A DNA stretch of 44,021 nt from a virus. The stretch lies in the UHGV virus genome UHGV-0153635, one strand, 5' to 3'. Positions 7,834 through 17,055 of this stretch are shown one piece after another. The notes beneath the pieces are model-generated. The model searched no databases, was not told the origin of the DNA, and saw only the letters and a program-made list of their open reading frames with translations. Both the position numbers and the translations under genes were made by a program. How positions within the stretch are numbered: the first letter of the stretch is position 1; each line of letters begins with the position of its first letter.

Positions 7834-8376
7834 TTACTTGGGCAGGGCTGCTACAGCTTCCTGCACTGATTTAAATTCATTACCGATAGCCTTGCTCTGC
7901 CATAAGCGGCGCTTCCATAAGCCGTAGCAGACCTTGTTACCTTTGATGCTGCAATCGTACTTCTTACCGTTCAAGGTAATGTACTTCCATTGCAGAACCG
8001 CCTGCCCGGCTGCGCGGTAATCCCCTTGCTTTAGCTTACGCTTAGCTGCGCTGTTTGAGAATCCAGAGACGCCTACGTTGTAGGCCATATCCAGGCTGCC
8101 CAGCAGAACCACGTCAGGAAGCGACTCAGGAAGCCCTACAAGCGCCTGTGCGTGCTCCCCCGCTGATTGTATCAGTTGCTTCTGACAATCGCTTAGAGAG
8201 CGTTTCTGGCCCATCTGTACGCCTTTAGTCTCACCGTAGCAGATGGTAGGTACTCCGGCGCTGTCTCTGTATGCGGTGCTGCTATAACCTTCGTTGTTCT
8301 GGATAACGGCGGTGATACCGCCGCCCAGAAGAGACGCCCCGGCAAGGGCACCTACAATCTTATTTCTTAAACTCAT
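7834..8376 (-). CDS. SAR endolysin (T4-lysozyme-type muramidase)
   Basis: Catalytic E-x8-D-x5-T (NEGYSSTAYRDSAGVPT); N-terminal Gly/Ala-rich weakly hydrophobic segment IVGALAGASLLGGGITAV typical of a signal-anchor-release domain; ATG 8376 chosen over GTG 8388. Confidence 0.8.
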   Translation of the reverse strand: MSLRNKIVGALAGASLLGGGITAVIQNNEGYSSTAYRDSAGVPTICYGETKGVQMGQKRSLSDCQKQLIQSAGEHAQALVGLPESLPDVVLLGSLDMAYNVGVSGFSNSAAKRKLKQGDYRAAGQAVLQWKYITLNGKKYDCSIKGNKVCYGLWKRRLWQSKAIGNEFKSVQEAVAALPK

Positions 8377-8608
8377 AGAATGGGACACCTTTTCGTACAG
8401 CCTCTTCCTGTAGCTTCAGGCGCTTGTGGCTGATATAAGCATTCCATGCAGCGGTAAGGATAGCGCAGATAGTCGCAGTGATGAAACTGATAGCGCTCCA
8501 GTTCCAGGACATAACCTCTGCTAACCAACCGCCGCTCGTAGCTACGCCCGTAGCCATTACCCCTGCCCGAGTAGCCAGGTCAGCGGGTACATCAGAGAGT
8601 CGAATCAT
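8360..8608 (-). CDS. holin, two-TMD pinholin-like
   Basis: Two hydrophobic segments (Gly/Ala/Thr-rich TMD1, then WSAISFITATICAILTAAW) and a charged C-terminus; directly upstream of the SAR endolysin; ATG 8608 with AAGGA RBS. Confidence 0.55.
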   Translation of the reverse strand: MIRLSDVPADLATRAGVMATGVATSGGWLAEVMSWNWSAISFITATICAILTAAWNAYISHKRLKLQEEAVRKGVPFYEFKK

Positions 8609-9005
8609 CAACCTTATCCTTACCGCGAGAGAATCTGCGGAACAGTAGCACAATCACCAGAATCAGAATCGGGATGGCTGCGCCTACTGCTGCTGCTAAA
8701 ATTAAGCTACTGCTGTCATTATTAACTACCTGTAGTTTATCAGCGGTGATAGTCCCGGTGCTAATAGTCTGGACTTGTTTTTTACTGGATGTATCCAGAG
8801 CACCTACGGTAGAATCTTGAATGTCTGTTTTATTGGTGGTGCTGGTGTCCACCTTGTTATTGAGGCCGACAGTTTGCTTGGTGTTCTCGGCCCCCACCTG
8901 AGCAGACACATCCGGCTTAGAGCCGATGAGTCCAGTCAGGGCAGAGGTCGCTGAGCAACCAGAGAGCATAACTGCCAGCAGTAACCCAGCGACCAGGTTA
9001 CGCAT
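8592..9005 (-). CDS. unimolecular spanin (u-spanin) candidate: outer-membrane lipoprotein signal plus C-terminal TMD
   Basis: N-terminal signal with lipobox L-S-G-C; Ser/Thr/Val-rich middle; C-terminal hydrophobic helix LILAAAVGAAIPILILVIVLLF followed by RRFSRGK. Confidence 0.55.
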   Translation of the reverse strand: MRNLVAGLLLAVMLSGCSATSALTGLIGSKPDVSAQVGAENTKQTVGLNNKVDTSTTNKTDIQDSTVGALDTSSKKQVQTISTGTITADKLQVVNNDSSSLILAAAVGAAIPILILVIVLLFRRFSRGKDKVDDSTL

Positions 9006-9193
9006 TATGCAGGCAGGGTGTAGCCAGCAGCTTTAATAGCAGCCAGGGCAGGGGTCATGAGCGTATCAAACGCAGGACCACTGGATGCCATAGACTGTGG
9101 TTGCGTCTTCAACTGGTACATAGCCTTAGCTACGATATTGAGCTGACGCAGAAGCTCCTGCTGTACTGCTTCAGTTTGTGCTGCAATTGCCAT
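9005..9193 (-). CDS. hypothetical protein (62 aa)
   Basis: ORF track; TAATG-type coupling on both sides. Confidence 0.45.
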   Translation of the reverse strand: MAIAAQTEAVQQELLRQLNIVAKAMYQLKTQPQSMASSGPAFDTLMTPALAAIKAAGYTLPA

Positions 9194-11044
9194 TTAGTAC
9201 CTTCCTTTTCTTCTAGTTAAACCCCGGTCAATCCGGGCCTGTGTACCACGGCTGCGCGGGGCAACCATACTTTGCTTCCAGTCCATAGGGTTATCCATGA
9301 ACTTACGAGCTTGCTTCTGCTGTTCCTTCTCAGCAGATACCTTCTCGTCCTCAACCAGGAAGCCGTTGAGTTCTGCTACGAGCATAGCTACTGCGTCGGC
9401 ACGGTCGTCCTTTGCTAAGCTACCACGGTCGTAGGTAATGCTTTGGAGCTGTTGGAACGCGCTATATAACCAGCGCTTATCGCGGCTATAGGCCATGCAG
9501 CTCTGAATGTCGTCTGTAAGCGCCCTAGAATGCACTACAAGGCGATGCCTGCGCGTCACTGGGGAGATGGTATCGATGATACGCCTCTCCTTCTGTGAGG
9601 TGTTGTAGCCCCCTCTAACGCCTATACCGGGAATCTTACGCTCGCGCAGTCGGTTCATGAACAGCATCTCTACTGTACCATGCCCCATGTTGCTCTCGAT
9701 GAACAGGTCCGAGATACCCAGCTCAATAGCCAAGTCAATGAGCTTGTCGATGTTCTCGGTGCTGATACCTCCCTGGAACCCGCCTACAGAGAACAGGTGC
9801 AAGTACGAGTTCGCTGCCCCGCCCGCTGCATAAGACACCTCATCCCCACCACAACCAGCAGGGTCAATCACCATGAGCTTGTGCTGGTACGGCAGCATCA
9901 GCTCACCATAGCTAGCTGGCTGGTACAGCAACTGCCCACGGATACCTTCGTGTTCCTCCGTATAGAGGTAGCGCTTGTCCGCAATATAGCTTAGACGGTC
10001 CGGGGCTGCATCATGCGAACCCGAGTAGACCATGCAATCGCTGAGCTTAATCCTTGTTCTCATTGCGTCAGACATAGTAGTGTCGAGCATGTACTGCAAC
10101 TGGAAGCCCTCTGGACCAAAGTCCAGCTCCTTCTCAATCAGAGCATCCTCGTCGTAACGCCCCTTGTCTGCGCACTCCCCTAAGGTTCCGTCTAATCCGA
10201 ATCCGGTACGTTTATACCCGCGCTCAATAAGCTCACAGATATAAGGAGCAAGTGTATCGCCATAACGTTCCTGCATTTCCTCGTTTGGTATACGACCAGG
10301 CCATACGCGCACTTCAAAGCCACGCCCCGGCAAGGTCTTGTAGATACTATCCTTAGTCTGAGGTGTTCCCAGATACAGCGTATCCCCGTGCGTACAGATA
10401 GCGGCGAAGTCCTTGGATATCATGAGCAACTGCTCACGCATCGTCTGGGTCAGGCCATTCTTCGTAGTCTCAATATCATCCGGGATAAGCAGGTCCGCAC
10501 GCTTACCCTGCAACTGCGCAGTAATACCTACGCACGCAATGCTAGCGGACTTATCCAGAGGCTTCAGGTCGCAGTGCACGTCATAACCCTCGTAAGAGGT
10601 GCGGTCGCCACGGGCCGGGTCAGCCTTGAGGTAGCACAGCAAAGGCCACGTTTCAATCATACGAATGACCAGCGTAGCCACCTCAGACGCCTGCTTCTCA
10701 CCACCAGATACAATCAGGATACGACAGCTCTGGTCCTGTATCAGACGCCACACCGCATACAGTGCAGCCAGGGTAGACTTAGCCTCACCACGCTGAGCAG
10801 CGACCATGCGCTTGCGCGGACCTTTCTGCATGAACTCTGCTATATCGGCCTGCATCTCCGTAAGGTTAAATCCGAGGAACTTCATACCTAAGTATGCGAA
10901 CTCCCGGAAATCCTTCAGAGTCACAGCCATCATCAGCGCTACTTCCTCACGCTGGTCCTTCGGGATAGTTCTTGGGCTATCATTCATTACCGTTGTACGA
11001 GCACTGATGAGCTTGAGTCTGCTCAGTGTAGTTTGGCTTATCAT
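9194..11044 (-). CDS. terminase large subunit (T7 gp19-like)
   Basis: 616 aa, size and position after the small subunit; global resemblance to T7-type terminases. Confidence 0.85.
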   Translation of the reverse strand: MISQTTLSRLKLISARTTVMNDSPRTIPKDQREEVALMMAVTLKDFREFAYLGMKFLGFNLTEMQADIAEFMQKGPRKRMVAAQRGEAKSTLAALYAVWRLIQDQSCRILIVSGGEKQASEVATLVIRMIETWPLLCYLKADPARGDRTSYEGYDVHCDLKPLDKSASIACVGITAQLQGKRADLLIPDDIETTKNGLTQTMREQLLMISKDFAAICTHGDTLYLGTPQTKDSIYKTLPGRGFEVRVWPGRIPNEEMQERYGDTLAPYICELIERGYKRTGFGLDGTLGECADKGRYDEDALIEKELDFGPEGFQLQYMLDTTMSDAMRTRIKLSDCMVYSGSHDAAPDRLSYIADKRYLYTEEHEGIRGQLLYQPASYGELMLPYQHKLMVIDPAGCGGDEVSYAAGGAANSYLHLFSVGGFQGGISTENIDKLIDLAIELGISDLFIESNMGHGTVEMLFMNRLRERKIPGIGVRGGYNTSQKERRIIDTISPVTRRHRLVVHSRALTDDIQSCMAYSRDKRWLYSAFQQLQSITYDRGSLAKDDRADAVAMLVAELNGFLVEDEKVSAEKEQQKQARKFMDNPMDWKQSMVAPRSRGTQARIDRGLTRRKGRY

Positions 11045-11045
11045 C

Positions 11046-11345
11046 TTAAATAATCCCTGCTAAATCATCCTCTGGGTCTGCCCCGGCCTGGGCTAATAGC
11101 TCCTCAGCCTTGGCTTTACGCTTGGCTGCTAGCTCATCCTCGAATACATCCCGCAGCTCCTGCATCTCCGCAGAGTCTGCATCTGCCGTGATGTCATTGT
11201 CCTTGAGGAATTTCGCTATCACGGATTTATCCGCCGCAGGTAAAGGAATCTCCTCCTCCCCCGCCTGCTTGAGTTCGCTAATTAGCGCCTCAGTAAACAT
11301 CCTGTGAAGTTCGCTGAGGCGGCTCTTGGTTGCCGCCTTTGCCAT
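11046..11345 (-). CDS. terminase small subunit (T7 gp18-like)
   Basis: ATG 11345..11343 overlaps the tail-fiber stop (TAATG); acidic ~99-aa product; track ORF 11046..11519 trimmed to this internal Met. Confidence 0.55.
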   Translation of the reverse strand: MAKAATKSRLSELHRMFTEALISELKQAGEEEIPLPAADKSVIAKFLKDNDITADADSAEMQELRDVFEDELAAKRKAKAEELLAQAGADPEDDLAGII

Positions 11346-12853
11346 TAACGCATCCTCCGTGCTCTGATATAACCGTCCGCTGTGCAGGTACTTGTGAACG
11401 TGGCCTGCGCTACTAGGTACAGCGTAGTAGTCGTGCTGAGCAGAACCCTGCGAGACATACCCTGACGAGTAGAAGTACCAGCTGCTAGAGTTGTAGTGAT
11501 GTTGTAACGGTCCCACCAATCTGTAGGTAGGGTGGCTGAGGTAGCACTGACCCCAAAGTTCAGGAGCGTGACGTTACCTGCATTAGTTACACGCAGAGCA
11601 CTCTCCAGCTCCCAATCCCCAGCGGGTAGGCTGATACTTGCGATGTTGGTTAATGCCCCGGACGTCAAGGATACAGCAGTACCAGAGGCAGCCGACACCT
11701 CTTGCCCCACAATACCGGAAGCAGCCGCAGTACCTGTAACCAGGCCAGTAATACCGCTACTCAACGCAGTGAGTGCAGTGATATCCGAGTTAGAACCGCT
11801 AGAAGCAGCACCAAGATTATTACGAGCACCTGCTGGGGTAGTACCGCCTGTGCCGCCGTTGGCTATAGGCAGTATACCTGTTACGCCCGGGGAGATGTTG
11901 GCGGAGCCATCGAAGCTGGCTGCGGCGGTGGTTGCTAGGTTTACTTGTACAGTACGAGAGGTTTCAAGGACTGTCGCTTTAGGCGATACACCAGTAGCAC
12001 TGCCTGTGCCGCCTTGAGCTGTACTGAGTGGCGTTGTAAGTCCGCTCAAGCTTGTGATATCAGAGTTGGCACCCTTAGCAGCCTTGCCGTCGATATCTGC
12101 CTGTAGCGCGTTGTGCTCAAGCTGGGCTTGGCTGATAGCAGCAGCTAGCTGGTCCGCAGTGGCATAGTTAGGGTCTAGACCTACATCCTCACCCAGACGG
12201 GCAAATATGTGTGTACCAGCAGGTACAGGGTCTGCCAGCATAATCTGGTTATCCACTACCTCGTAGCTATAACCAGGTGTCTGGCATACGCCGTTGATGT
12301 AAAGAGCTGCCTTGATGAAGTTAAAGGGTGGGTCCAGTACATCGGTTTCAGTGATAGTAGTCGTGTACCATGGGTAGCTAGTAGTAGCCGTTACCCAGGT
12401 CTCCTCTAGACTAGTTACACGCTGGTCTACTACGTCAAGCTGCCCCTTATTAACCGCATCCCCAGGATTAACCCCAGCACCTAAGTTGGTGATGCGGAAC
12501 CCGTTCATGCTCAAGTCGCCGTAGAAGCCCTCAATAGAGCGCCCCTCGGTTAGTTCTTGGGCAAGATGCAGGAACTGCGTGTTCTGTGTATCTATGTTCT
12601 CACGGATGAACGCGGCACCCTCTGCGAACATTATGTACAGAAACTCCTTATCAGTACGCCGCACTATGAGTACGTCTGTACTGGCAGCCAGTGCACTGTC
12701 TAACTGAATAACAGTGTCACTTGCCCAGGTATAAGCAGTAGTCAGTACATTATCCAGGTACAAGTAAATATAAGACTTATCCAGATAATCAATGTTCACA
12801 TTAACGCTAGTGGTGCCAGCCGGGTACGTTAGTTCTTCCCAACTGAAAGCCAT
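11345..12853 (-). CDS. tail fiber protein with T7 gp17-like N-terminal adaptor domain
   Basis: 502 aa; C-terminal Gly/Thr/Ala-rich repeats (ANGGTGGTTPAGARNNLGAA and relatives). Confidence 0.8.
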   Translation of the reverse strand: MAFSWEELTYPAGTTSVNVNIDYLDKSYIYLYLDNVLTTAYTWASDTVIQLDSALAASTDVLIVRRTDKEFLYIMFAEGAAFIRENIDTQNTQFLHLAQELTEGRSIEGFYGDLSMNGFRITNLGAGVNPGDAVNKGQLDVVDQRVTSLEETWVTATTSYPWYTTTITETDVLDPPFNFIKAALYINGVCQTPGYSYEVVDNQIMLADPVPAGTHIFARLGEDVGLDPNYATADQLAAAISQAQLEHNALQADIDGKAAKGANSDITSLSGLTTPLSTAQGGTGSATGVSPKATVLETSRTVQVNLATTAAASFDGSANISPGVTGILPIANGGTGGTTPAGARNNLGAASSGSNSDITALTALSSGITGLVTGTAAASGIVGQEVSAASGTAVSLTSGALTNIASISLPAGDWELESALRVTNAGNVTLLNFGVSATSATLPTDWWDRYNITTTLAAGTSTRQGMSRRVLLSTTTTLYLVAQATFTSTCTADGYIRARRMR

Positions 12854-12855
12854 GC

Positions 12856-15800
12856 TTAATCATCTCCAAAGTTATTAATGATGGCTCGCGTAGGCGCGAA
12901 CTCCTGAATCAAAGGCATCTGCTTAGACAAGCCCTTTGCATCTACATTACCGCTAGCTACGTCCTGCATTAAGCCGAGCATACCCATGATGTACCCCATA
13001 CCAGCCAAGCTATGACGCGGGGATTGGTCCCCAAATACATCCTGAATCATAGTAAGACCACCGAGCACGGACATACCCATTACTGCATCCGTAATGAGCT
13101 TCTTGTCAGACTGTTCCCCGGCTTTCCCATCCAGAGCATACTTAGCCTGGGTCATGAGCAGCATCATAGGGAACTGGTATGCAGCGATATGCGCTAAGCC
13201 AATCCAGCCTGCATCATTCATCTCCCTGCGCAGAATCTTGTTCGTAGCAGCCATAGCAAAGCTCTGGTAGCCTACAACAACCTTCCCTACTGGGCTGAAT
13301 TGTGCAAAGTGACTGGTCTCACCTGTACGCACCTGCTGCACTACGTAGTCCATTAAGCGCGAGCCTACAACTTCCATTTGCATTTGCAGGTCCGGTGGTA
13401 GCATCTTCCCAGGGTTCTTGGCATACGCAGCTTGCATCTGCTTAGCGAGGTCCTTATCCAGGCCCCAGCGCTCCAGGCGCTTGACTGCATCAGCAGAACC
13501 ACTGAGCATACTCTGCAACTCGTCCATAACGATACCAGAGTTCCAGTTAACCTGCGCCCTGTGCACCATGGACATCCCGTTAACATGCCGAGCAGCCTGG
13601 CCTACGTTCTGTGTAACGTTGAACCAATTGCTACTGCGTGTCAAATCCAGGTTATCGTCAGCATAGGTATTGAGCCAGCGGAAGCGCATCTCCTTCTGCA
13701 AAGAGCCTCGCAGGATAGAATCCAGGCGCCCAGCCATGTCCTGGTCCTTAAAGACTACTGAGCCTTCCTTGAACCACGGTTGTTCGCGCATACTCCGAAG
13801 CACGCGAGCCATACCAAACTCTTTCATAGCCAGAGCTGTGTCGGTAATCTGGTACAGCGCGGAGTTCTTGAGCATGGTTGCGTTAGCAAGGTTCCCAGCG
13901 GCACGGAAGATTTCAGGAAGCTGTGCTCCTGCACCACCCGCTACACCGCCGAGCATGAAGTCGATGGTGTCATTCACAGCCTGTTCCCATCTACCCGGGT
14001 CAGCCAGCGTATGCTTACCGTCGTTAATCATAGTCTCAAGCTGCTTCAGGTCCTCTATACCCGCGTAGGACATGCCTACACGCCCCGACATCCTGTTAGT
14101 GTACCCATGCATTACCTTGGCTACATCAGTGTCCAGGAGGTCCTGTAAGCGCATTGGTTGCCCATCCACGATATACTCCTTGGACATATTAAAGCGGTTA
14201 CGCTGCTTCAGGTTCCGGGCAGGGGCAGTGGCTCCAGATGGCTTAACGTTAGTCGCTAAGAACCCTTGGATATCCGCCTCATCGATGCCCGCTTGCCGCA
14301 TAGCCATGACAAGTTCATCATTGCCCATACCGTTAATAAGCTGCTTCCACATAGGCCCAGTACCACCAGCCCGACCATTATAAATACCATCCGTAATCTC
14401 CTTAGCTACGCGCTGGACTACTTCAGATTCCATGGTAGGGTAGATATCACGCAGGGCCTGACGGAACAGGTCCCGGTAGTTATCCAGAGTACGCCCCTCT
14501 CGTAGAGCCTGTCGCATCTTGTCGTAACTGTACTGGCGCGGGAAGTAGTAGTCTGAGCGTACAATAGTAGCGTCGTCTACAAGCCCAGAGGCCTGCATAT
14601 GGTCGTACCATTTCCCAGCCCAACCAGAGTCCTTATACGCTTTAATTACCGGGGCAATGTCCTCTGATGGCACAGGTACAGCACGCCCAGCTACCTCAGC
14701 AGAATAAGCATCATCAAGGTATACACCTACACGTTGCTCCAAGTCCCGTCGCGCAGTGATAAACTTAGAACGATGGAAGAACCTGTCCAGCATACCTACG
14801 CCCTGCTGTTGCTTCAGGGCGCTTGTAATAGCGTCCTCAACGACACTGGCACTGGCATCCATCTCAAGCATCAGGTTACGCTTAAAGTCTGCTACAGAGG
14901 GTTTACGAGCGCCTACAGCAGCTCCATCAGATACCAGTAAATCTGCGAGGTCCTTGTTACCCTGGGCGATGTTATCATACAGGGCGAAGTTGGTTCTGAA
15001 GCCTGTCTTAACCTTATCCAGCAGTTTCTGGTCCCCTGCTGGGGTAGCTGCTACGTTCTCTCCGAAGCTGGACATGGACTCGCTCTTGAAGCGCACGGCC
15101 TGGGCATCTTCAGCCGCAACCTTAAGTACACTCTCATAGGAATCCAGAACCTTGGCTAACGCAGTGTCATTACCCTTGTATCCCAGGGCACGCAGAACTG
15201 TCTCACCGATACGGCGCAGCAGCGTCTTATCCCCGACCTGTACAGAGTTCAGGTAGTCCACCCAGTGCTTGCTATCCGCTAACCCCGCCAGCATCTCCTC
15301 TGGAGAATTAGCGAAGTAGCGCAGGTTCTTGGGTAGGTCTGCACGTCCCAGAAGCTCATGTCCCAGCTTCTGCAAGGTTTCTCTTGCAGCAACAGCCTCA
15401 GGTACAGTGGAGCTGATAGCTCGTACTGTAGCAGCGTGTACAAGCTCATGCACAGCAATCTTAGCAGTGTTCTGGTCCAGAGAGTTCAGAGCATCCCCTA
15501 CAGTGCTCCAGGTCTTACCCTGAGAAGCTTTACTGGCACGCATAGCAACGTAGTCTGTACCTTGCTCTGGCATGCGATAGTACGCGCTGCGCAGGTTCGT
15601 GTCCCCTGTCAGGTGCACAGATACATCATCCACTAAGCCATCCAGTGTCTTCAGAATAGCTTTCTGACCATCGTCCAGATACGTAGACTTCATGAGGTGC
15701 TCAGCAACATCCTTAGCACGCACTACAACCTTCGCCTGCTGCCCTTTCAGTACCTGGATAGGTTCTACCAAGGACTTAGCCGCAACCTCCTCAGAGGCCG

Positions 15801-16566
15801 CTGTACGAGCGTATACAGTGTCTTTAGCAGTACGCTTAGTAGGTGCATCTGGGTCAAAGCGCGAGGCTCTGCTAGCAGCTGATTCAGCACGTCCAGTAGC
15901 CTTAGCTACTTTAGCCATATCCCAGAGCTGGTCTACACCGGAGATACCTGCAACCAGTGCAGCTACCCCTTCGCTTTGCCCGAGCTGGTCAGAAGCATAT
16001 ATAGCACTTCCGACATCCACAGCGCGAATGGCAGTACGAGCAGCCAACCCAGCACGTCCCGCCACGCCTGCGGCTCCCAGAGGAGCAAGCATAATGGGGG
16101 CATCCCCAATAATAGAACCTGCAATACCTGATATAATATTCTTAGATACATCCCGGTCCCTCTGGCGTTGCTCCAGCATTTGCTGTATACGGTACTGATA
16201 ATCGTCCTGACTCACGGAGTCATGCAGATACTCAATCTCGTCCTGATTAGGTGCAAGCAGGCGCATACTCTGGTCCTGCGGCATAACCTTACGAGCATCC
16301 CAGTTGTAGTCTGTCTCGAAGTTCGGAGCGTCAGCTTTACGGATAGCCGCAGCGATGATGCTATTGCCTATACCAGCAGCGAAGCTCTCACCCGCTGTAA
16401 CAGCAGGGGTCTTACCTGATGCCTGGATAGCGGCACGCTCTAAAGCGTTCACACCCATGTCTGTAGCACTGTTCCAGTCCAGCTTCTCTGCTGCCTGTAC
16501 AGGTGCTACGCTCTTAGCAGAATCCTTTTCTTGTGGATTAGCTTCTTGATTCAAGAACTGAGCCAT
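12856..16566 (-). CDS. internal virion / ejection protein (T7 gp16-like)
   Basis: 1236 aa, largest gene, position between gp15-like and tail fiber; ATG 16566 with GAGGGA RBS. Confidence 0.7.
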   Translation of the reverse strand: MAQFLNQEANPQEKDSAKSVAPVQAAEKLDWNSATDMGVNALERAAIQASGKTPAVTAGESFAAGIGNSIIAAAIRKADAPNFETDYNWDARKVMPQDQSMRLLAPNQDEIEYLHDSVSQDDYQYRIQQMLEQRQRDRDVSKNIISGIAGSIIGDAPIMLAPLGAAGVAGRAGLAARTAIRAVDVGSAIYASDQLGQSEGVAALVAGISGVDQLWDMAKVAKATGRAESAASRASRFDPDAPTKRTAKDTVYARTAASEEVAAKSLVEPIQVLKGQQAKVVVRAKDVAEHLMKSTYLDDGQKAILKTLDGLVDDVSVHLTGDTNLRSAYYRMPEQGTDYVAMRASKASQGKTWSTVGDALNSLDQNTAKIAVHELVHAATVRAISSTVPEAVAARETLQKLGHELLGRADLPKNLRYFANSPEEMLAGLADSKHWVDYLNSVQVGDKTLLRRIGETVLRALGYKGNDTALAKVLDSYESVLKVAAEDAQAVRFKSESMSSFGENVAATPAGDQKLLDKVKTGFRTNFALYDNIAQGNKDLADLLVSDGAAVGARKPSVADFKRNLMLEMDASASVVEDAITSALKQQQGVGMLDRFFHRSKFITARRDLEQRVGVYLDDAYSAEVAGRAVPVPSEDIAPVIKAYKDSGWAGKWYDHMQASGLVDDATIVRSDYYFPRQYSYDKMRQALREGRTLDNYRDLFRQALRDIYPTMESEVVQRVAKEITDGIYNGRAGGTGPMWKQLINGMGNDELVMAMRQAGIDEADIQGFLATNVKPSGATAPARNLKQRNRFNMSKEYIVDGQPMRLQDLLDTDVAKVMHGYTNRMSGRVGMSYAGIEDLKQLETMINDGKHTLADPGRWEQAVNDTIDFMLGGVAGGAGAQLPEIFRAAGNLANATMLKNSALYQITDTALAMKEFGMARVLRSMREQPWFKEGSVVFKDQDMAGRLDSILRGSLQKEMRFRWLNTYADDNLDLTRSSNWFNVTQNVGQAARHVNGMSMVHRAQVNWNSGIVMDELQSMLSGSADAVKRLERWGLDKDLAKQMQAAYAKNPGKMLPPDLQMQMEVVGSRLMDYVVQQVRTGETSHFAQFSPVGKVVVGYQSFAMAATNKILRREMNDAGWIGLAHIAAYQFPMMLLMTQAKYALDGKAGEQSDKKLITDAVMGMSVLGGLTMIQDVFGDQSPRHSLAGMGYIMGMLGLMQDVASGNVDAKGLSKQMPLIQEFAPTRAIINNFGDD

Positions 16567-16662
16567 TGTATTCCCTCAAAAGAATTGTGATAAGAGCAGG
16601 GGCCGAAGCCCCTTGCTTTAATTAAACTAGTCTATTTCCTAGTAGCCAAGATAAGGACCACC

Positions 16663-17055
16663 TCACTTTCTGCCGAACGGAGTAAACCATTCCTGCTGAG
16701 ACGAGTGCCTACCCTTATCCAGACTCTCTTGGATGTTATCCGAATGAGTTACTGGACGCAGGTGACGGGGATTAATACAAGCAGGGTTATCGCAAGAATG
16801 CGCAAGTTCGAGTTCAGCCTGGTCGTAGTCACCTTTGTGGAGCACGTATGACACCTTGTGCGCCCCTAGGTTCTTACCACCTATCTTGAACCTCCCATAA
16901 CCATACTGGTCCTTACTCCCCAGGTACTCTATGCAACCATCCTCCTTGACAGTGCTAAGTCTATACAGCCGACTGTATGGATTCTCCCTACATGGCTGGG
17001 ATACCATCCAATTAAAGTCGTACACGATGCATCCTCCGTTAGAAGCGGGTTCCAT
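16663..17055 (-). CDS. HNH endonuclease (distinct from the other four); start uncertain
   Basis: ELAHSCDNPACINPRHLRPVTHSDN motif; track ORF runs to GTG 17130 overlapping the upstream gene, ATG 17055 chosen. Confidence 0.7.
   Translation of the reverse strand: MEPASNGGCIVYDFNWMVSQPCRENPYSRLYRLSTVKEDGCIEYLGSKDQYGYGRFKIGGKNLGAHKVSYVLHKGDYDQAELELAHSCDNPACINPRHLRPVTHSDNIQESLDKGRHSSQQEWFTPFGRK

Noticed and set aside
11046-11519. 157-aa version of the small terminase ORF
   Set aside because: The first 58 codons overlap the tail-fiber coding sequence; the internal ATG at 11345 overlaps the fiber stop (TAATG) in the coupling pattern seen across this genome.
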